A DNA stretch of 64,000 nucleotides from an uncultured Gemmatimonadales bacterium. GTDB lineage: Bacteria > Gemmatimonadota > Gemmatimonadetes > Gemmatimonadales > GWC2-71-9. Each line of letters opens with the position of its first letter. Within the stretch, counting starts at the first letter, position 1. Location of the stretch: contig CAWJMT010000004.1 of the NCBI GenBank assembly GCA_963844035.1, positions 160,001-224,000 of the forward strand, in the 5' to 3' direction. Made by a program: the position numbers and the translations under genes. Shown piece by piece: positions 45,736 to 55,574 of this stretch. Below the pieces are notes generated by a model that did not search any database, was not told the DNA's origin, and saw nothing but the letters and a program-made list of their open reading frames with translations.

Positions 45736-46323
45736 ATGACCACCCCGCCGCAAAGTCCTCCGCCGGTTGATGAAAAGCGCGCCGGCTTTGAGCGGGAGGC
45801 CTTGGTCCATCTCGACGCCTTGTACCGCGTCGCGCTGCGCCTCACCGGTAACCCCGCCGACGCAGACGACCTCGTTCAGGAAACCATGCTCAAGGCGTAC
45901 CGCGCCTGGCACCAGTACCAGCCGGGGACCAACGCCAAGGGGTGGCTCCTCACGATCCTGCGGCACGCCTTCATTAATGAATACCGCCGCCGCACCCGGC
46001 ACCCCGAAACGGTGGACCTGGACGCCATCGAGCCCTTTGCCGTGCTCGATGACGAACGCCAGGACGACGACCCGCAGGGACAGTTCTTCGACCAGATCGT
46101 GGACGACGAGGTCCTGCGGGCGATCGACGCTCTCCCGGAACAATTCCGTGAAGCGGTGGTGTTGAGCGACGTAGAAGGAATGAGCTACGAGGAGGTCGCG
46201 AACATCCTCGGCGTCCCGATCGGGACGGTCAAGTCCCGCCTGTTCCGGGGTAGAAAGCTGCTCCAAGCGAAGCTCTACGAGTACGCCGTCAGCATGGGCT
46301 ACATCAAGGGAAACCGTACATGA
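45736..46323 (+). CDS. ECF sigma factor (SigR/SigH-like)
   Basis: FEREALVHLDALY, DADDLVQET, GTNAKGWL, GTVKSRLFRGR. Confidence 0.92.
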   Translation: MTTPPQSPPPVDEKRAGFEREALVHLDALYRVALRLTGNPADADDLVQETMLKAYRAWHQYQPGTNAKGWLLTILRHAFINEYRRRTRHPETVDLDAIEPFAVLDDERQDDDPQGQFFDQIVDDEVLRAIDALPEQFREAVVLSDVEGMSYEEVANILGVPIGTVKSRLFRGRKLLQAKLYEYAVSMGYIKGNRT

Positions 46324-46544
46324 ACTGTCGCGAAGCACTGGACCACGTGTACGAATTCCTCGACAAGGAGCTCACGCCCGACATCGAGCGGGAAGTGCGT
46401 GAGCATCTCCAAGCCTGTAAACCGTGCGGGCACCACTTCAATGCCGAAGAGGCGTTCCTCAAGTTCCTCCAAGCCCGCTGCCGTACCGGCTCCGCCCCCC
46501 CTGACTTGAAGCGTCGCATCCTGAACGATCTGTTTGGCGAGTGA
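46320..46544 (+). CDS. Zinc-binding anti-sigma factor (RsrA/RshA-like, ZAS)
   Basis: MNC...HLQACKPC (HxxxCxxC), soluble, 74 aa, coupled to the sigma gene. Confidence 0.9.
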   Translation: MNCREALDHVYEFLDKELTPDIEREVREHLQACKPCGHHFNAEEAFLKFLQARCRTGSAPPDLKRRILNDLFGE

Positions 46545-47224
46545 GATGGTTGACCCCTGACGGCTGGGTGGCAGCCCTCGGCGTGGGTGTCGGGGTGACC
46601 TGGGGCCTGGGATGGCGGGGAGCAACACTGCTTCTCGCTTTTTTCATTTCGGGGAGCCTGTGGACACGGATCGCCACTGGGCGCGGCGAACCCCGCAGCG
46701 CGCGGCAGGTGATCGCCAACGGCGGCGCCGCGGCGCTCGCTGCCCTGCTCGGCTCCTGGCCCGCCGCGGCCGGCGCCCTCGCCGCCGCCGCCGCCGACAC
46801 GTGGGCCACGGAAATCGGCTCGTTTTCTCCGATCCCGCCCCGTCGCATCACCGACTGGACCCCGGTGACCCGCGGCACGTCGGGGGGTATCACCGCGCTG
46901 GGCACGGCGGGCGGCGTCGCCGGAGCACTCACGATTGCCGCGCTCGCACACGTCATTCCGCCCCCCGGTACAGCATCGGGTATCATGGCGGTCGCCGCTG
47001 CCGGAATCGGTGGCATGCTGTTCGATTCCCTGCTCGGGGCCACCGGACAAGGCGTGTATGAATGCCCGGGATGCGCCGCGCGCACGGAGCGCGCCGGCAC
47101 GGTCTGCCACGAGCCTGTGCGGCTGATTCGAGGATGGCGGTGGCTCGACAACGACGCGGTCAACCTGGCGGCAACCGTGATGGGCGCCGGAGCCGGCCTG
47201 CTCGGCGCTCACCTGGCTTCCTAG
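46541..47224 (+). CDS. DUF92 (TMEM19-like) membrane protein
   Basis: RSARQVIANGG, AADTWATEIG, RGTSGGITALG, DSLLGATGQ, DNDAVN. Confidence 0.88.
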   Translation: MRWLTPDGWVAALGVGVGVTWGLGWRGATLLLAFFISGSLWTRIATGRGEPRSARQVIANGGAAALAALLGSWPAAAGALAAAAADTWATEIGSFSPIPPRRITDWTPVTRGTSGGITALGTAGGVAGALTIAALAHVIPPPGTASGIMAVAAAGIGGMLFDSLLGATGQGVYECPGCAARTERAGTVCHEPVRLIRGWRWLDNDAVNLAATVMGAGAGLLGAHLAS

Positions 47225-47252
47225 CCGCTCTCACGATGCGTATGGGTTCCGC

Positions 47253-48479
47253 ATGACGCAGTGGGACGCGGTGATCGTGGGCGCCGGCCCAGCCGGGGCA
47301 GCCACCGCATGTCACCTCGCGGGCGCCGGCGCCCGCGTGCTCGTGATCGACCGTACCTCCTTCCCGCGCCACAAACCCTGCTCGGAGTACCTGAGCCCGG
47401 AAGCGACCCGCTTGCTCGAGCGGCTGGGCAGCGACGTGTTGGGGGCGGTCGAGCGTGCCGCCCCGGCCAGGCTCTACGGAATGAAGGTGATCGCGCCGAA
47501 TGGCGGCGAGATGTGCGGGCGGTTCGCGGCCGACCATGGCTACCCGAGTCCCCGGCCGTACAGCTTCGCGCTTCCCCGGATCACGTTTGACTTGATTCTC
47601 CGCCAGGCGGCGGAACGCGCCGGAGCGGTCGTGTGGGAGGACGCCGCCGTCGAGGAGCTGCACAGCGAACGCGGCGCGATCGACGGAGTGCGGGTCCGCA
47701 CCCGGGGCGGCAAGCGCGACGTCGTCGATGCGCGTGTGGTGGTCGCGGCCGATGGGCTGCATTCACTCGTGGCGCGTCGCCTCCGGCTGGCCCGCCGCTC
47801 CGCTCCCACCCGCATCGCGTTCACCGCCCACGTGGCCGACGTCGCCGGCCTGGACGGCATGGGCGAGCTGCATGTGGGTGACTGCGGCTACGTCGGCATG
47901 GGCCCGATCGGCGCCGACGTGACCACCGTTGCACTCGTCCTGCCGCTCGCGGACCTGCGCCGCCACCCACGCGATGTGCGCGCCAACTTCTTCGCCGAGC
48001 TGGAGCGGTTCCCGGGACTGCGCGGACGGTTCGATCCGCGGCGGCAGGTGCGGGAGGTACTGGTGACGGGCCCGTTCGCACGCTGGTCCCGCCGCTCGGT
48101 GGCGGACGCGGGTGGGGCGCTGCTGGTCGGCGACGCCGCTGACTTCTTCGATCCGTTCACGGGCCAGGGGATCTACAGTGCGTTGCGCGGCGCGGAGCTG
48201 GCCGCGAGTGTCCTGGTCCCCGCGCTCCAAAGCAACGCCCCGTTGACCCGTGCGGTGCTCGCGCCGTACGGAGCGGCCCGCCGGGCGGCCTTCGGCGGCA
48301 AGTGGGTGCTGGAGCGACTGATCTGCCTCGGCGTGGGATGGCCGGCGCTCACCAATCGTGTCGTCTCCCGGCTGGCGCGCCGGCCCCACCTCGCGGATCT
48401 TGTGGTGGGCGCGACGGGGAATTTTGTCCCCGCAGGGCGCGTCCTATCCCCCGGTGTCCTAGCCCAACTGCTCTGGTAA
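47253..48479 (+). CDS. FAD-dependent oxidoreductase (geranylgeranyl reductase / flavin monooxygenase family)
   Basis: IVGAGPAG, FPRHKPCSE, AADG, LVGDAA.FFDPFTGQGI. Confidence 0.88.
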   Translation: MTQWDAVIVGAGPAGAATACHLAGAGARVLVIDRTSFPRHKPCSEYLSPEATRLLERLGSDVLGAVERAAPARLYGMKVIAPNGGEMCGRFAADHGYPSPRPYSFALPRITFDLILRQAAERAGAVVWEDAAVEELHSERGAIDGVRVRTRGGKRDVVDARVVVAADGLHSLVARRLRLARRSAPTRIAFTAHVADVAGLDGMGELHVGDCGYVGMGPIGADVTTVALVLPLADLRRHPRDVRANFFAELERFPGLRGRFDPRRQVREVLVTGPFARWSRRSVADAGGALLVGDAADFFDPFTGQGIYSALRGAELAASVLVPALQSNAPLTRAVLAPYGAARRAAFGGKWVLERLICLGVGWPALTNRVVSRLARRPHLADLVVGATGNFVPAGRVLSPGVLAQLLW

Positions 48480-48482
48480 CCC

Positions 48483-48965
48483 ATGCACGGCGTTGAGTCC
48501 CCGCAATTCCGCCAGCTGCTCGGCCGGTTTGCCACCGGCGTCACCGTCCTCACCACCCAGGCCCCGGATGGCCGCCCGATCGGCATGACCGCGAGCTCTG
48601 TCGCGTCTGTCTCACTCGTGCCGCCGCTGCTCCTGGTGTCGGTCAGCCACGAGCACGACATGCACGCCGCGCTGCTGTCGGCCCAGCACTTCGCCCTCAA
48701 CGTGCTCGCCGCCGATCAAGAGGAGGTCGCGCGCCGCTTCGCCATCGATCACCCCGACCGCTTCAGCGGCATTGGGTATCGGCTCAGCAAGCACGGCGTC
48801 GCTATTCTCGACGGCGTCCTGGCGAGCATCGAGTGCGAGAAGCACGCGGAGGTCCCGGGGGGCGATCACACGGTGGTGTTCGGCCTGGTCGTCGGCGGCG
48901 ATGTCAGCGATCGCAGCCCGCTGCTGTACTATCGCGGCGGCTACGCCAGCATGCACGGCGCATGA
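48483..48965 (+). CDS. Flavin reductase (HpaC/RutF family)
   Basis: FRQLLGRFATGVTV, SVSLVPPL, GGDHTVVFG, PLLYYRGGY. Confidence 0.92.
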   Translation: MHGVESPQFRQLLGRFATGVTVLTTQAPDGRPIGMTASSVASVSLVPPLLLVSVSHEHDMHAALLSAQHFALNVLAADQEEVARRFAIDHPDRFSGIGYRLSKHGVAILDGVLASIECEKHAEVPGGDHTVVFGLVVGGDVSDRSPLLYYRGGYASMHGA

Positions 48966-49681
48966 TCGGCACCGAGCTGCTGGATGACCCGCAGGCCGAT
49001 CCGGCCGCGGTGCGACAAGAGCTGCGCGAAATCGCCCGGCTCAACACCCTGTTCGGCGGCACGCGCGCGGTCGTGGGCGCGCTCGAGCCGATCTTCCGAA
49101 AGGCGGCGTCGGGCAACGGGCAACGGGCAACGGGTACTTGGACGTTGCTGGATGTTGGCACGGGCCTCGGCGACATCCCGCGGGCAGCCGCGGCCGCGGC
49201 CCGGCGGCACGGCATCACGCTCCGCCTGGTGGGCGTGGAGCTCAATCGCGCCGCCGCGGCCGCGGCGGGCGATGTCGAGAGCCGCGATCCGCTGGCGTTG
49301 GTGCTCGCCGACGGGGGCGCGCTTCCGCTCCGCCCCCGCTCGGTGGATATCGTGATCGCGAGCCAGGTGCTCCATCACCTTCCCAGTGAGGTCGCGGTGC
49401 GGTGGATCGCGGCCTTTGGTGCGTTGGCGCGGCGAGCCGTCGTGCTCGCCGACCTGCGGCGTTCACGGCTCGCGATGGCGGCGCTCTGGCTCGCGTCGTA
49501 TCCGCTCGGGTTCAGCGACTTCACGCGGCGTGATGGTGTTCTGTCGTTACGGCGTGGCTACACGCGCGGCGAGTTCAACGAGTTGCTGCGCGCCGCGGGT
49601 GTGCCTGCCGTCGCTCGCTACCGACCCGGGTTTCGAGTAGTGGCCGCGTGGCAACCATCAGACCTGACACCTGACACCTGA
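48962..49681 (+). CDS. SAM-dependent methyltransferase
   Basis: ELLDD...LN...GG N-terminus, LLDVGTGLGD, LHHL, DLRRS, DGVLSLRRGY; resembles the type found beside bacterial type III PKS genes. Confidence 0.85.
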   Translation: MIGTELLDDPQADPAAVRQELREIARLNTLFGGTRAVVGALEPIFRKAASGNGQRATGTWTLLDVGTGLGDIPRAAAAAARRHGITLRLVGVELNRAAAAAAGDVESRDPLALVLADGGALPLRPRSVDIVIASQVLHHLPSEVAVRWIAAFGALARRAVVLADLRRSRLAMAALWLASYPLGFSDFTRRDGVLSLRRGYTRGEFNELLRAAGVPAVARYRPGFRVVAAWQPSDLTPDT

Positions 49682-49685
49682 CACC

Positions 49686-50149
49686 TTGCTCGTCGTAGAC
49701 CGAATCTCTATCCGTGCGCCGATCGCCCGCGTGTTCAGCGCAGCTCGCGATGTGGAGCAATGGCCGCGCATCCTGGCGCACTACCGCTGGGTCCGGGTGC
49801 TCGAGCGGCGGACCGCCACCGAGGCGGTCGTCGAAATGGCGGCGTGGCGGCCCTTCGGGCCGGTCGGATATCCCACCTGGTGGGTGTCGCACATGACCGT
49901 CGATCGCGTCGACGCGAGAGGTCCACTACCGGCACATCCGGGGTATTACGCGCGGCATGGACGTGGTCTGGAGCATGGTCCCGGGCGGCAGGCGGGGTCG
50001 ACGTGGCGGTCGAGCACCGCTGGTCCGGCCCCGCATGGCCGCTGGTGGGCGGCGTGATCGCGCGCGCGGTGATCGGGCCGGTATTCATTCACGGAATTGC
50101 GTCCCGCACGCTCTCGGGGCTAAAACGGTACACGGAGGAGGCGGTGTGA
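49686..50149 (+). CDS. SRPBCC/START polyketide cyclase-aromatase family protein (frameshifted)
   Basis: I.AP...VF..ARDVEQWPRILAHYRWVRVLE, WVS, YRHIRGITRGMDVVW. Confidence 0.8.
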
Positions 50150-51387
50150 TGGAAAGGCGGCGCGTAGTCATCACCGGGGTCGGGGCGGTGACGCCGATCG
50201 GCACTGCGGCAGCCGGGATGTGGGACGGGCTGACGGCACGCCGTTCGGCGGTCCGGGAGATCACCCGCTTCGACCCCACGCCGTACAAGAGCCGGATCGC
50301 GGCCGAGATCCCCGACTTTCGGCCGCAGGATCATCTCGATGCGAAGCGCTCGAAGCGGCTGGACCGGTTCTCACTCCTGGCGGTCACGAGCGCGCAACTG
50401 GCTCTCGACGATGCCGGGATTCGTCCGGAGCGTGAGGACACGGACCGGGTGGGGGTCATGATGGGATCGGCACTGGGCGGCGTCGCGCTGGCCGAGTCCC
50501 AGGTGCCCGATTTCGTTCAACACGGTCCCCGCGGACTCAACCCTGCCCTCGCCCTCGGTGTTTTCCCGGGTGCGGCGAGCTGCAACATCGCGATCGAATT
50601 CGGGGTCACCGGCCCCAACATGACCAACGCGATGAGCTGCGCGTCCGGCACGATCGCCGTCGGTGAAGGGTTCCGCACCATCCGGGACGGGCGCGCCGAC
50701 GTGATGCTGGCGGGCGGCGCCGAGGCGCCGCTCGCGCCGATGACCTTTGCGGCGTTCAGCATCATCCGCGCGATGAGCACCCGCAACGACGACCCCGCGC
50801 GGGCGTCGCGGCCGTTCGACGAGGCGCGCGACGGATTCGTCATGGGCGAGGGCGCGGCGGTGCTGGTGCTGGAAGAGCGCGGCCGCGCGCTCGCGCGCGG
50901 CGCCAAGATCTACGCCGAGCTCATCGGCTACGCTTTCACCAACGACGCGTACCACATGGCGGCGCCCCGCCCCGACGGACGCCAGGCGGCGCGGGCGATG
51001 CGCGAGGCGCTCGCGGACGGCGACGTGGCTCCGGCGGAAGTCGGGTACGTCAACGCGCACGGGTCCTCCACGCCGCTGAACGACAGCACCGAGACGGGCG
51101 CCATCAAGCAAGTGTTCGGGGATCACGCCTATCGCCTGATGGTGAGCGGCACCAAGGGCTACTACGGCCACGCGCTCGGCGCGAGCGGTGCGATCGAAGC
51201 AGCGATCTGCGCGCTCGCCATGGATCGCCGCTGGCTCCCGCCCACCATCAATCTCGAGCACGCCGATCCTGCGTGCGACCTCGACTGCATGCCGCACGAC
51301 GGACGCGCCGCCGCCCCCGAGATCGTGCTCTCCAACTCGTTCGGGTTCGGCGGGATCAACGCATCGCTGGTGTTGCGGCGGGGCTAG
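50149..51387 (+). CDS. Beta-ketoacyl-ACP synthase (FabF / type II KS-alpha-like)
   Basis: RRVVITGVG, SCASG catalytic Cys, NAHGSST, KGYYGHALGA, SNSFGFGGIN. Confidence 0.92.
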   Translation: MERRRVVITGVGAVTPIGTAAAGMWDGLTARRSAVREITRFDPTPYKSRIAAEIPDFRPQDHLDAKRSKRLDRFSLLAVTSAQLALDDAGIRPEREDTDRVGVMMGSALGGVALAESQVPDFVQHGPRGLNPALALGVFPGAASCNIAIEFGVTGPNMTNAMSCASGTIAVGEGFRTIRDGRADVMLAGGAEAPLAPMTFAAFSIIRAMSTRNDDPARASRPFDEARDGFVMGEGAAVLVLEERGRALARGAKIYAELIGYAFTNDAYHMAAPRPDGRQAARAMREALADGDVAPAEVGYVNAHGSSTPLNDSTETGAIKQVFGDHAYRLMVSGTKGYYGHALGASGAIEAAICALAMDRRWLPPTINLEHADPACDLDCMPHDGRAAAPEIVLSNSFGFGGINASLVLRRG

Positions 51388-51433
51388 CGGCGCCCGTAGA
51401 TTGGCGCCGTTCTCTCACTAGGAGGTCGTCGCC

Positions 51434-52108
51434 ATGGCCAAGCTCGTGCGGCCGCTCACGGCTGAATTGATCGGCACGCTGCTGCTTGTCTTCCTGGGTG
51501 CCGGCAGCGTAGTGATGAATGCCGCGACTTCCGGGGGCCTTGGGGCAGTCGGTATTGCGCTGGCTCACGGCGTCGCGATGGCCATCATCGTTTCCGCGAC
51601 GATGAACATCTCCGGCGGACACATCAACCCGGCCGTTACGTTCGCTCTGTGGGTCGCCGGAAAGATTGACGCGAGGACCGCGGGCGCCTACGTGGCAGCG
51701 CAGCTGGTAGGCGCCCTGCTCGGCGCCCTGCTCATCCGGGCGCTCTTCCCCAGCGGCACCGTGCAAGTAACCCTTGGCGGCACCCCTCAGCTCGGGCTCA
51801 GCATCACTCTGATCCAGGGAATCTGGATCGAGTGCGCGTTGACATTCTTCCTGGTCAGCGCCGTCTTCGGGACCGTGGTGTCGCCCGACGCGCCTAAGAT
51901 CGGGGGCTTCGGCATCGGCCTGGCGATCTCGGTGGACGCTCTGGTCGGAGGCAGCCTGACTGGCGCGATGATGAATCCTGCGCGCGCGTTCGGTCCGGCG
52001 CTCCTGGCTGGTGAGATGCACGGTCAGGCGGTGTACTGGATCGGGCCGCTGCTTGGGGCCGCGCTGGCGGCGGCGTTGTGGCGGTGGGTGTTGTTACCTA
52101 GACCGTAG
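51434..52108 (+). CDS. Aquaporin (MIP family)
   Basis: Two NPA motifs: SGGHINPAVT and MNPARAFGP. Confidence 0.95.
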   Translation: MAKLVRPLTAELIGTLLLVFLGAGSVVMNAATSGGLGAVGIALAHGVAMAIIVSATMNISGGHINPAVTFALWVAGKIDARTAGAYVAAQLVGALLGALLIRALFPSGTVQVTLGGTPQLGLSITLIQGIWIECALTFFLVSAVFGTVVSPDAPKIGGFGIGLAISVDALVGGSLTGAMMNPARAFGPALLAGEMHGQAVYWIGPLLGAALAAALWRWVLLPRP

Positions 52109-52119
52109 CCGGCATGTAC

Positions 52120-52147
52120 GTGGGGGCACGGCATGTCGTGCCCCTAC
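52120..52147 (-). repeat. GTAG-type REP-like palindrome
   Basis: Minus strand GTAGGGGCACGACATGCCGTGCCCCCAC, between convergent aquaporin and hemB. Confidence 0.65.
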
Positions 52148-52160
52148 CGAAATGCCCGCC

Positions 52161-53132
52161 TTACAACAATTCCGCAGCGGTGGGCGCGAAATAACTGAGC
52201 ACGATGTCCGCACCCGCGCGACGGATCGCGTACAGCGATTCCCACATCGCCCGTGCTTCGTCCAGCATCCCCCGCTCCGCCGCGGCCTTGATCATCGCGT
52301 ACTCGCCGCTCACCTGATATGCGGCGAGCGGGAGATCGAACTCCTGCTTGGCCCGCCGGATCAGATCGAGGCACGGCATCGCCGGCTTGACCATCACGAT
52401 ATCCGCCCCTTCCTCCACGTCGAGCCGGATCTCCCGCATCGCCTCGTCGGCATTGGTCCCCTGCATCTGATACGTTTGCCGGTCGCCGAACTGGGGCGTG
52501 GAGCCCGCGGCCTCACGGAATGGGCCGTAGAACGCGGAGGCCATCTTGGCCGCATATGACATGATGGGCACCCGCGAATGGCCCGCGGCATCGAGCGCTT
52601 TGCGGATTCCCGCTACGCGTCCGTCCATCATGTCGCTCGGGGCCACGATGTCCACGCCGGCGCGCGCCTGCACGACGGCCACTTTGCCGAGCAGGTAGAC
52701 GCTCGAGTCGTTGTCGACGTCCCCGTCCGAGATGACGCCGCAATGGCCGTGATCGGTGTACTCACACAGGCAGACATCGCCGATCACCAGCAGCTTCGGC
52801 ACCGCCCGTTTCACCGCGCGGATCGCCTGCTGCACGATTCCCTGCTCGTCGTACGCCTCGGAGCCGGTGCCGTCCTTGGCATCGGGAAGTCCGAACAGGA
52901 TGACGCCGCCTAACCCCAGGCGCGCCGCCCGCTCGGCGTCCTTCACCAGCTCGTCCACGGATGTTTGAAACACCCCGGGCAAGGCGGAGACTTCATTGCG
53001 CACGCCGTCGCCATGGCGCACGAATAGCGGCCACACGAGCTGTGAGGGGACGAGGTGCGTCTCCTGCACCAGCCGCCGCAGCTCCGGCGTGCGGCGCAGC
53101 CGGCGCAGCCGGCGGATAGGGAAGGAACTCAT
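52161..53132 (-). CDS. hemB: Porphobilinogen synthase
   Basis: [43 protein letters not shown]. Confidence 0.97.
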   Translation of the reverse strand: MSSFPIRRLRRLRRTPELRRLVQETHLVPSQLVWPLFVRHGDGVRNEVSALPGVFQTSVDELVKDAERAARLGLGGVILFGLPDAKDGTGSEAYDEQGIVQQAIRAVKRAVPKLLVIGDVCLCEYTDHGHCGVISDGDVDNDSSVYLLGKVAVVQARAGVDIVAPSDMMDGRVAGIRKALDAAGHSRVPIMSYAAKMASAFYGPFREAAGSTPQFGDRQTYQMQGTNADEAMREIRLDVEEGADIVMVKPAMPCLDLIRRAKQEFDLPLAAYQVSGEYAMIKAAAERGMLDEARAMWESLYAIRRAGADIVLSYFAPTAAELL

Positions 53133-54061
53133 CGCGCGAGTAACTCTAGTGCGCCCTGCGCTCGGAGCAAGTCCGCGACCGCGACGCCCGTCGCATCCGG
53201 GTTCTCGGAGTCGAACTCGGCGGATGCCGTGATCTGAATCGAGCCATCGGTTGCCGTTACGCGACCGTAGAGCCGACCCCGCCCCCTTCCCCCGTCCCCC
53301 TTCCCCGCCTCTACATATGCCGCGACCGGCGCCTGGCACCCGCCTCCCAGGGCCGCAAGCACGCGGCGCTCCGCTGCGGCGTGGCTCGCGGTGTCCCGGT
53401 GATTGAGCGGCTGGAGCGCGGCCAGCGCGCGCGAATCCCCAACGCGGATTTCGATCCCGAGCGCACCCTGGCCGGGCGCCGGCATCACTTCGAAGGGGTC
53501 GAGGCGTACGGCAATCGCCTCGGAGAGGCCGAGCCGCTCGAGGCCGGCGCATGCGAGCAAGGCGGCGTCGAGGTCGGAGCCTTCCTTCACTTTCCGCACC
53601 CGTGTCGGCACGTTGCCGCGCAGCGACACGACCTCGAGGTCGTTCCGGAGATAGCGCACCTGCGCCACACGCCGCAGGCTCGACGTGCCCACCCGCGCGC
53701 CGGGAGCGAGCTGCGCGATGGATGTCACGTTGCCGTCGCGCGCCACCAGCACGTCGCGGGAATCGGCACGCTCCGGAACGGCGCCAAGCATCAAACCCGG
53801 CGCAAAAGTGGTGGGCAGGTCCTTCAGGGAGTGGACGGCGATATCGACCCGGCCGTCCAGCAGCGCGTCCTCGATGGCCTTCGTGAAGAACCCAGTCCCT
53901 TCGAGCTCCTGGAGGGGACGGCCGACGTCAGCGTCGCCCTGGGTGGTGATGATGACCACTTCGGTCTGGACGGCGTGACGGGCGAGGCGCTCGCGGACCC
54001 ACTCCGTCTGCCAGCGAGCCAGATCGCTCCCCCGCGTGCCGATCCTGAGGGCGCCGCTCAC
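53129..54061 (-). CDS. hemC: Hydroxymethylbilane synthase
   Basis: [40 protein letters not shown]. Confidence 0.96.
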   Translation of the reverse strand: MSGALRIGTRGSDLARWQTEWVRERLARHAVQTEVVIITTQGDADVGRPLQELEGTGFFTKAIEDALLDGRVDIAVHSLKDLPTTFAPGLMLGAVPERADSRDVLVARDGNVTSIAQLAPGARVGTSSLRRVAQVRYLRNDLEVVSLRGNVPTRVRKVKEGSDLDAALLACAGLERLGLSEAIAVRLDPFEVMPAPGQGALGIEIRVGDSRALAALQPLNHRDTASHAAAERRVLAALGGGCQAPVAAYVEAGKGDGGRGRGRLYGRVTATDGSIQITASAEFDSENPDATGVAVADLLRAQGALELLAR

Positions 54062-54843
54062 GCACCCGCCGGCGGTGTGAAGTGGCTCGCCAGGGCCTGC
54101 AGCAGCCCGGCAGTGGTGTGCTCCACGGCTTCGATGGCGACCGGCAGACCGTACTCGCGCGCCGTAGCGCCGGTGATGGGTCCGATCACTGCAGCCCGGT
54201 AACGATCACTCCTCGCCGCCTCGGCGCCGACACTCTGCACGAAGGAATGCACCGTTGACGACGAGGTGAACGTGATCGCATCGATCCGTCCCGCCAGAAT
54301 CTCCCGTGCGAGGGCCGCGCCGTCCTCGAGCGCCGGCACGGTGCGGTACACGGGGATCACGTCCACCTGCGCCCCCGCCTTCCGCAGCCCCTCGGCCAGG
54401 GTGTCGCGGGCGATTTCCGCCTGAGGGATCAGCACGCGGGCACCGTGCAGGTCACCCTGCGACGCGACCGCCTCGACCAACGATTCCGCCACGTACCCCT
54501 CGGGGAGAAGATCCACGTGCACGCCGCGCGCCGTGAGCGCCTGGCCCGTTGCCGGACCGATGGCCGCGACGCGCGCCGTCGCAAAACTGCCCGCCGGCGG
54601 CATCTGGTCGAAGACGACGGCGACCGCGTTCTGGCTGGTGAAAACGACCCACCGGTACTGCTCGATGCGGGCGAGCGCGGTGCGCAGCGGCTCGAGGTCC
54701 GCCACCGGTTCGATGCGAATGGCAGGGGCCGTGACGACCACCGCGCCCAGCGCCGCGAGACCCTGCACCAGCTCCCCCGCCTGCTCGCGCGCGCGGGTGA
54801 TGACGATTCGCCGTCCCGCGAGCGGCTGCGACGCGTGCGTCAT
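54058..54843 (-). CDS. hemD: Uroporphyrinogen-III synthase
   Basis: LAGRRIVITRAREQA, FTSQNAV, AIGPAT, FTSSSTV. Confidence 0.93.
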   Translation of the reverse strand: MTHASQPLAGRRIVITRAREQAGELVQGLAALGAVVVTAPAIRIEPVADLEPLRTALARIEQYRWVVFTSQNAVAVVFDQMPPAGSFATARVAAIGPATGQALTARGVHVDLLPEGYVAESLVEAVASQGDLHGARVLIPQAEIARDTLAEGLRKAGAQVDVIPVYRTVPALEDGAALAREILAGRIDAITFTSSSTVHSFVQSVGAEAARSDRYRAAVIGPITGATAREYGLPVAIEAVEHTTAGLLQALASHFTPPAGA

Positions 54844-54884
54844 GGCTGGTTGCAATTTCACCGTCCCAAAACCCATTATCAACC

Positions 54885-55465
54885 ATGCTCCGATCCATTC
54901 GCACCGTGCTGGCCCGTTTTGCCCTCGCGTCGTGCGGCGGCCTGCCAGCGACACGCCCCACGCCGGGCCGCCCGCTGGCTGCAGCTAGGCTGCTGGCTGT
55001 CGCCCGTGTTTGCCGAGCCGTTCCCCGCGCTGGTGCACCTGTATCGCGCCCTGGAAGATCGCCTGGCAGCGCTGGCCGTCGCGCAAACCGCCGTCAGCCG
55101 CTTCTCCGGGAACCCCGACGCGTGGATGCTGCTGGGCGAGGCCAGTCAGATGGCGTTTCGCCAGCGTGAGGCGCTCATTGCTTACGAGCAGGCAATCGCG
55201 ATCGAAGAGCGGCCCGACGCATGCATGGCCGCTGGGGAGCTGTATCTGCGCGCCGGCGAAGCCCAGCCACGCCGCCGCCCGGTTCGCCCGCGCGTACGCC
55301 GCGGGGGGCGGCGCCGCGGCGCTGCGGGCCAACGCCGGCGCCCTGTTCCAGGCCGGCGACCTGCGGGCAGCGGACGAAGCGCTCAGCCTGTGGGCGACGC
55401 AGGTCCCGGACGGTTTGGAGCGATTGGCTGGTGAGCGCGCCGAGCTGCGCGGCCGCGGCGCGTAG
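54885..55465 (+). CDS. TPR-like hypothetical protein (frameshifted, start uncertain)
   Basis: PDAWMLLGEA...EALIAYEQAIAIE TPR-like helices spread over several frames. Confidence 0.5.
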
Positions 55466-55469
55466 CGCC

Positions 55470-55571
55470 TCAGCGGTTCCGCGACCGGCCGTAGAGGTTG
55501 AACGCGTACCCGACCAAGATGGCGGCCGCCACGATGTAGGCGGCCACCATGTAACCCTCGTTGTGAGGCAT
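55470..55571 (-). CDS. ccmD: Heme exporter protein D (33 aa; below the ORF-track cutoff)
   Basis: MPHNEGYMVAAYIVAAAILVGYAFNLYGRSRNR: single TM with a basic tail, starting 3 nt after the ccmC stop. Confidence 0.78.
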   Translation of the reverse strand: MPHNEGYMVAAYIVAAAILVGYAFNLYGRSRNR

Positions 55572-55574
55572 CCG

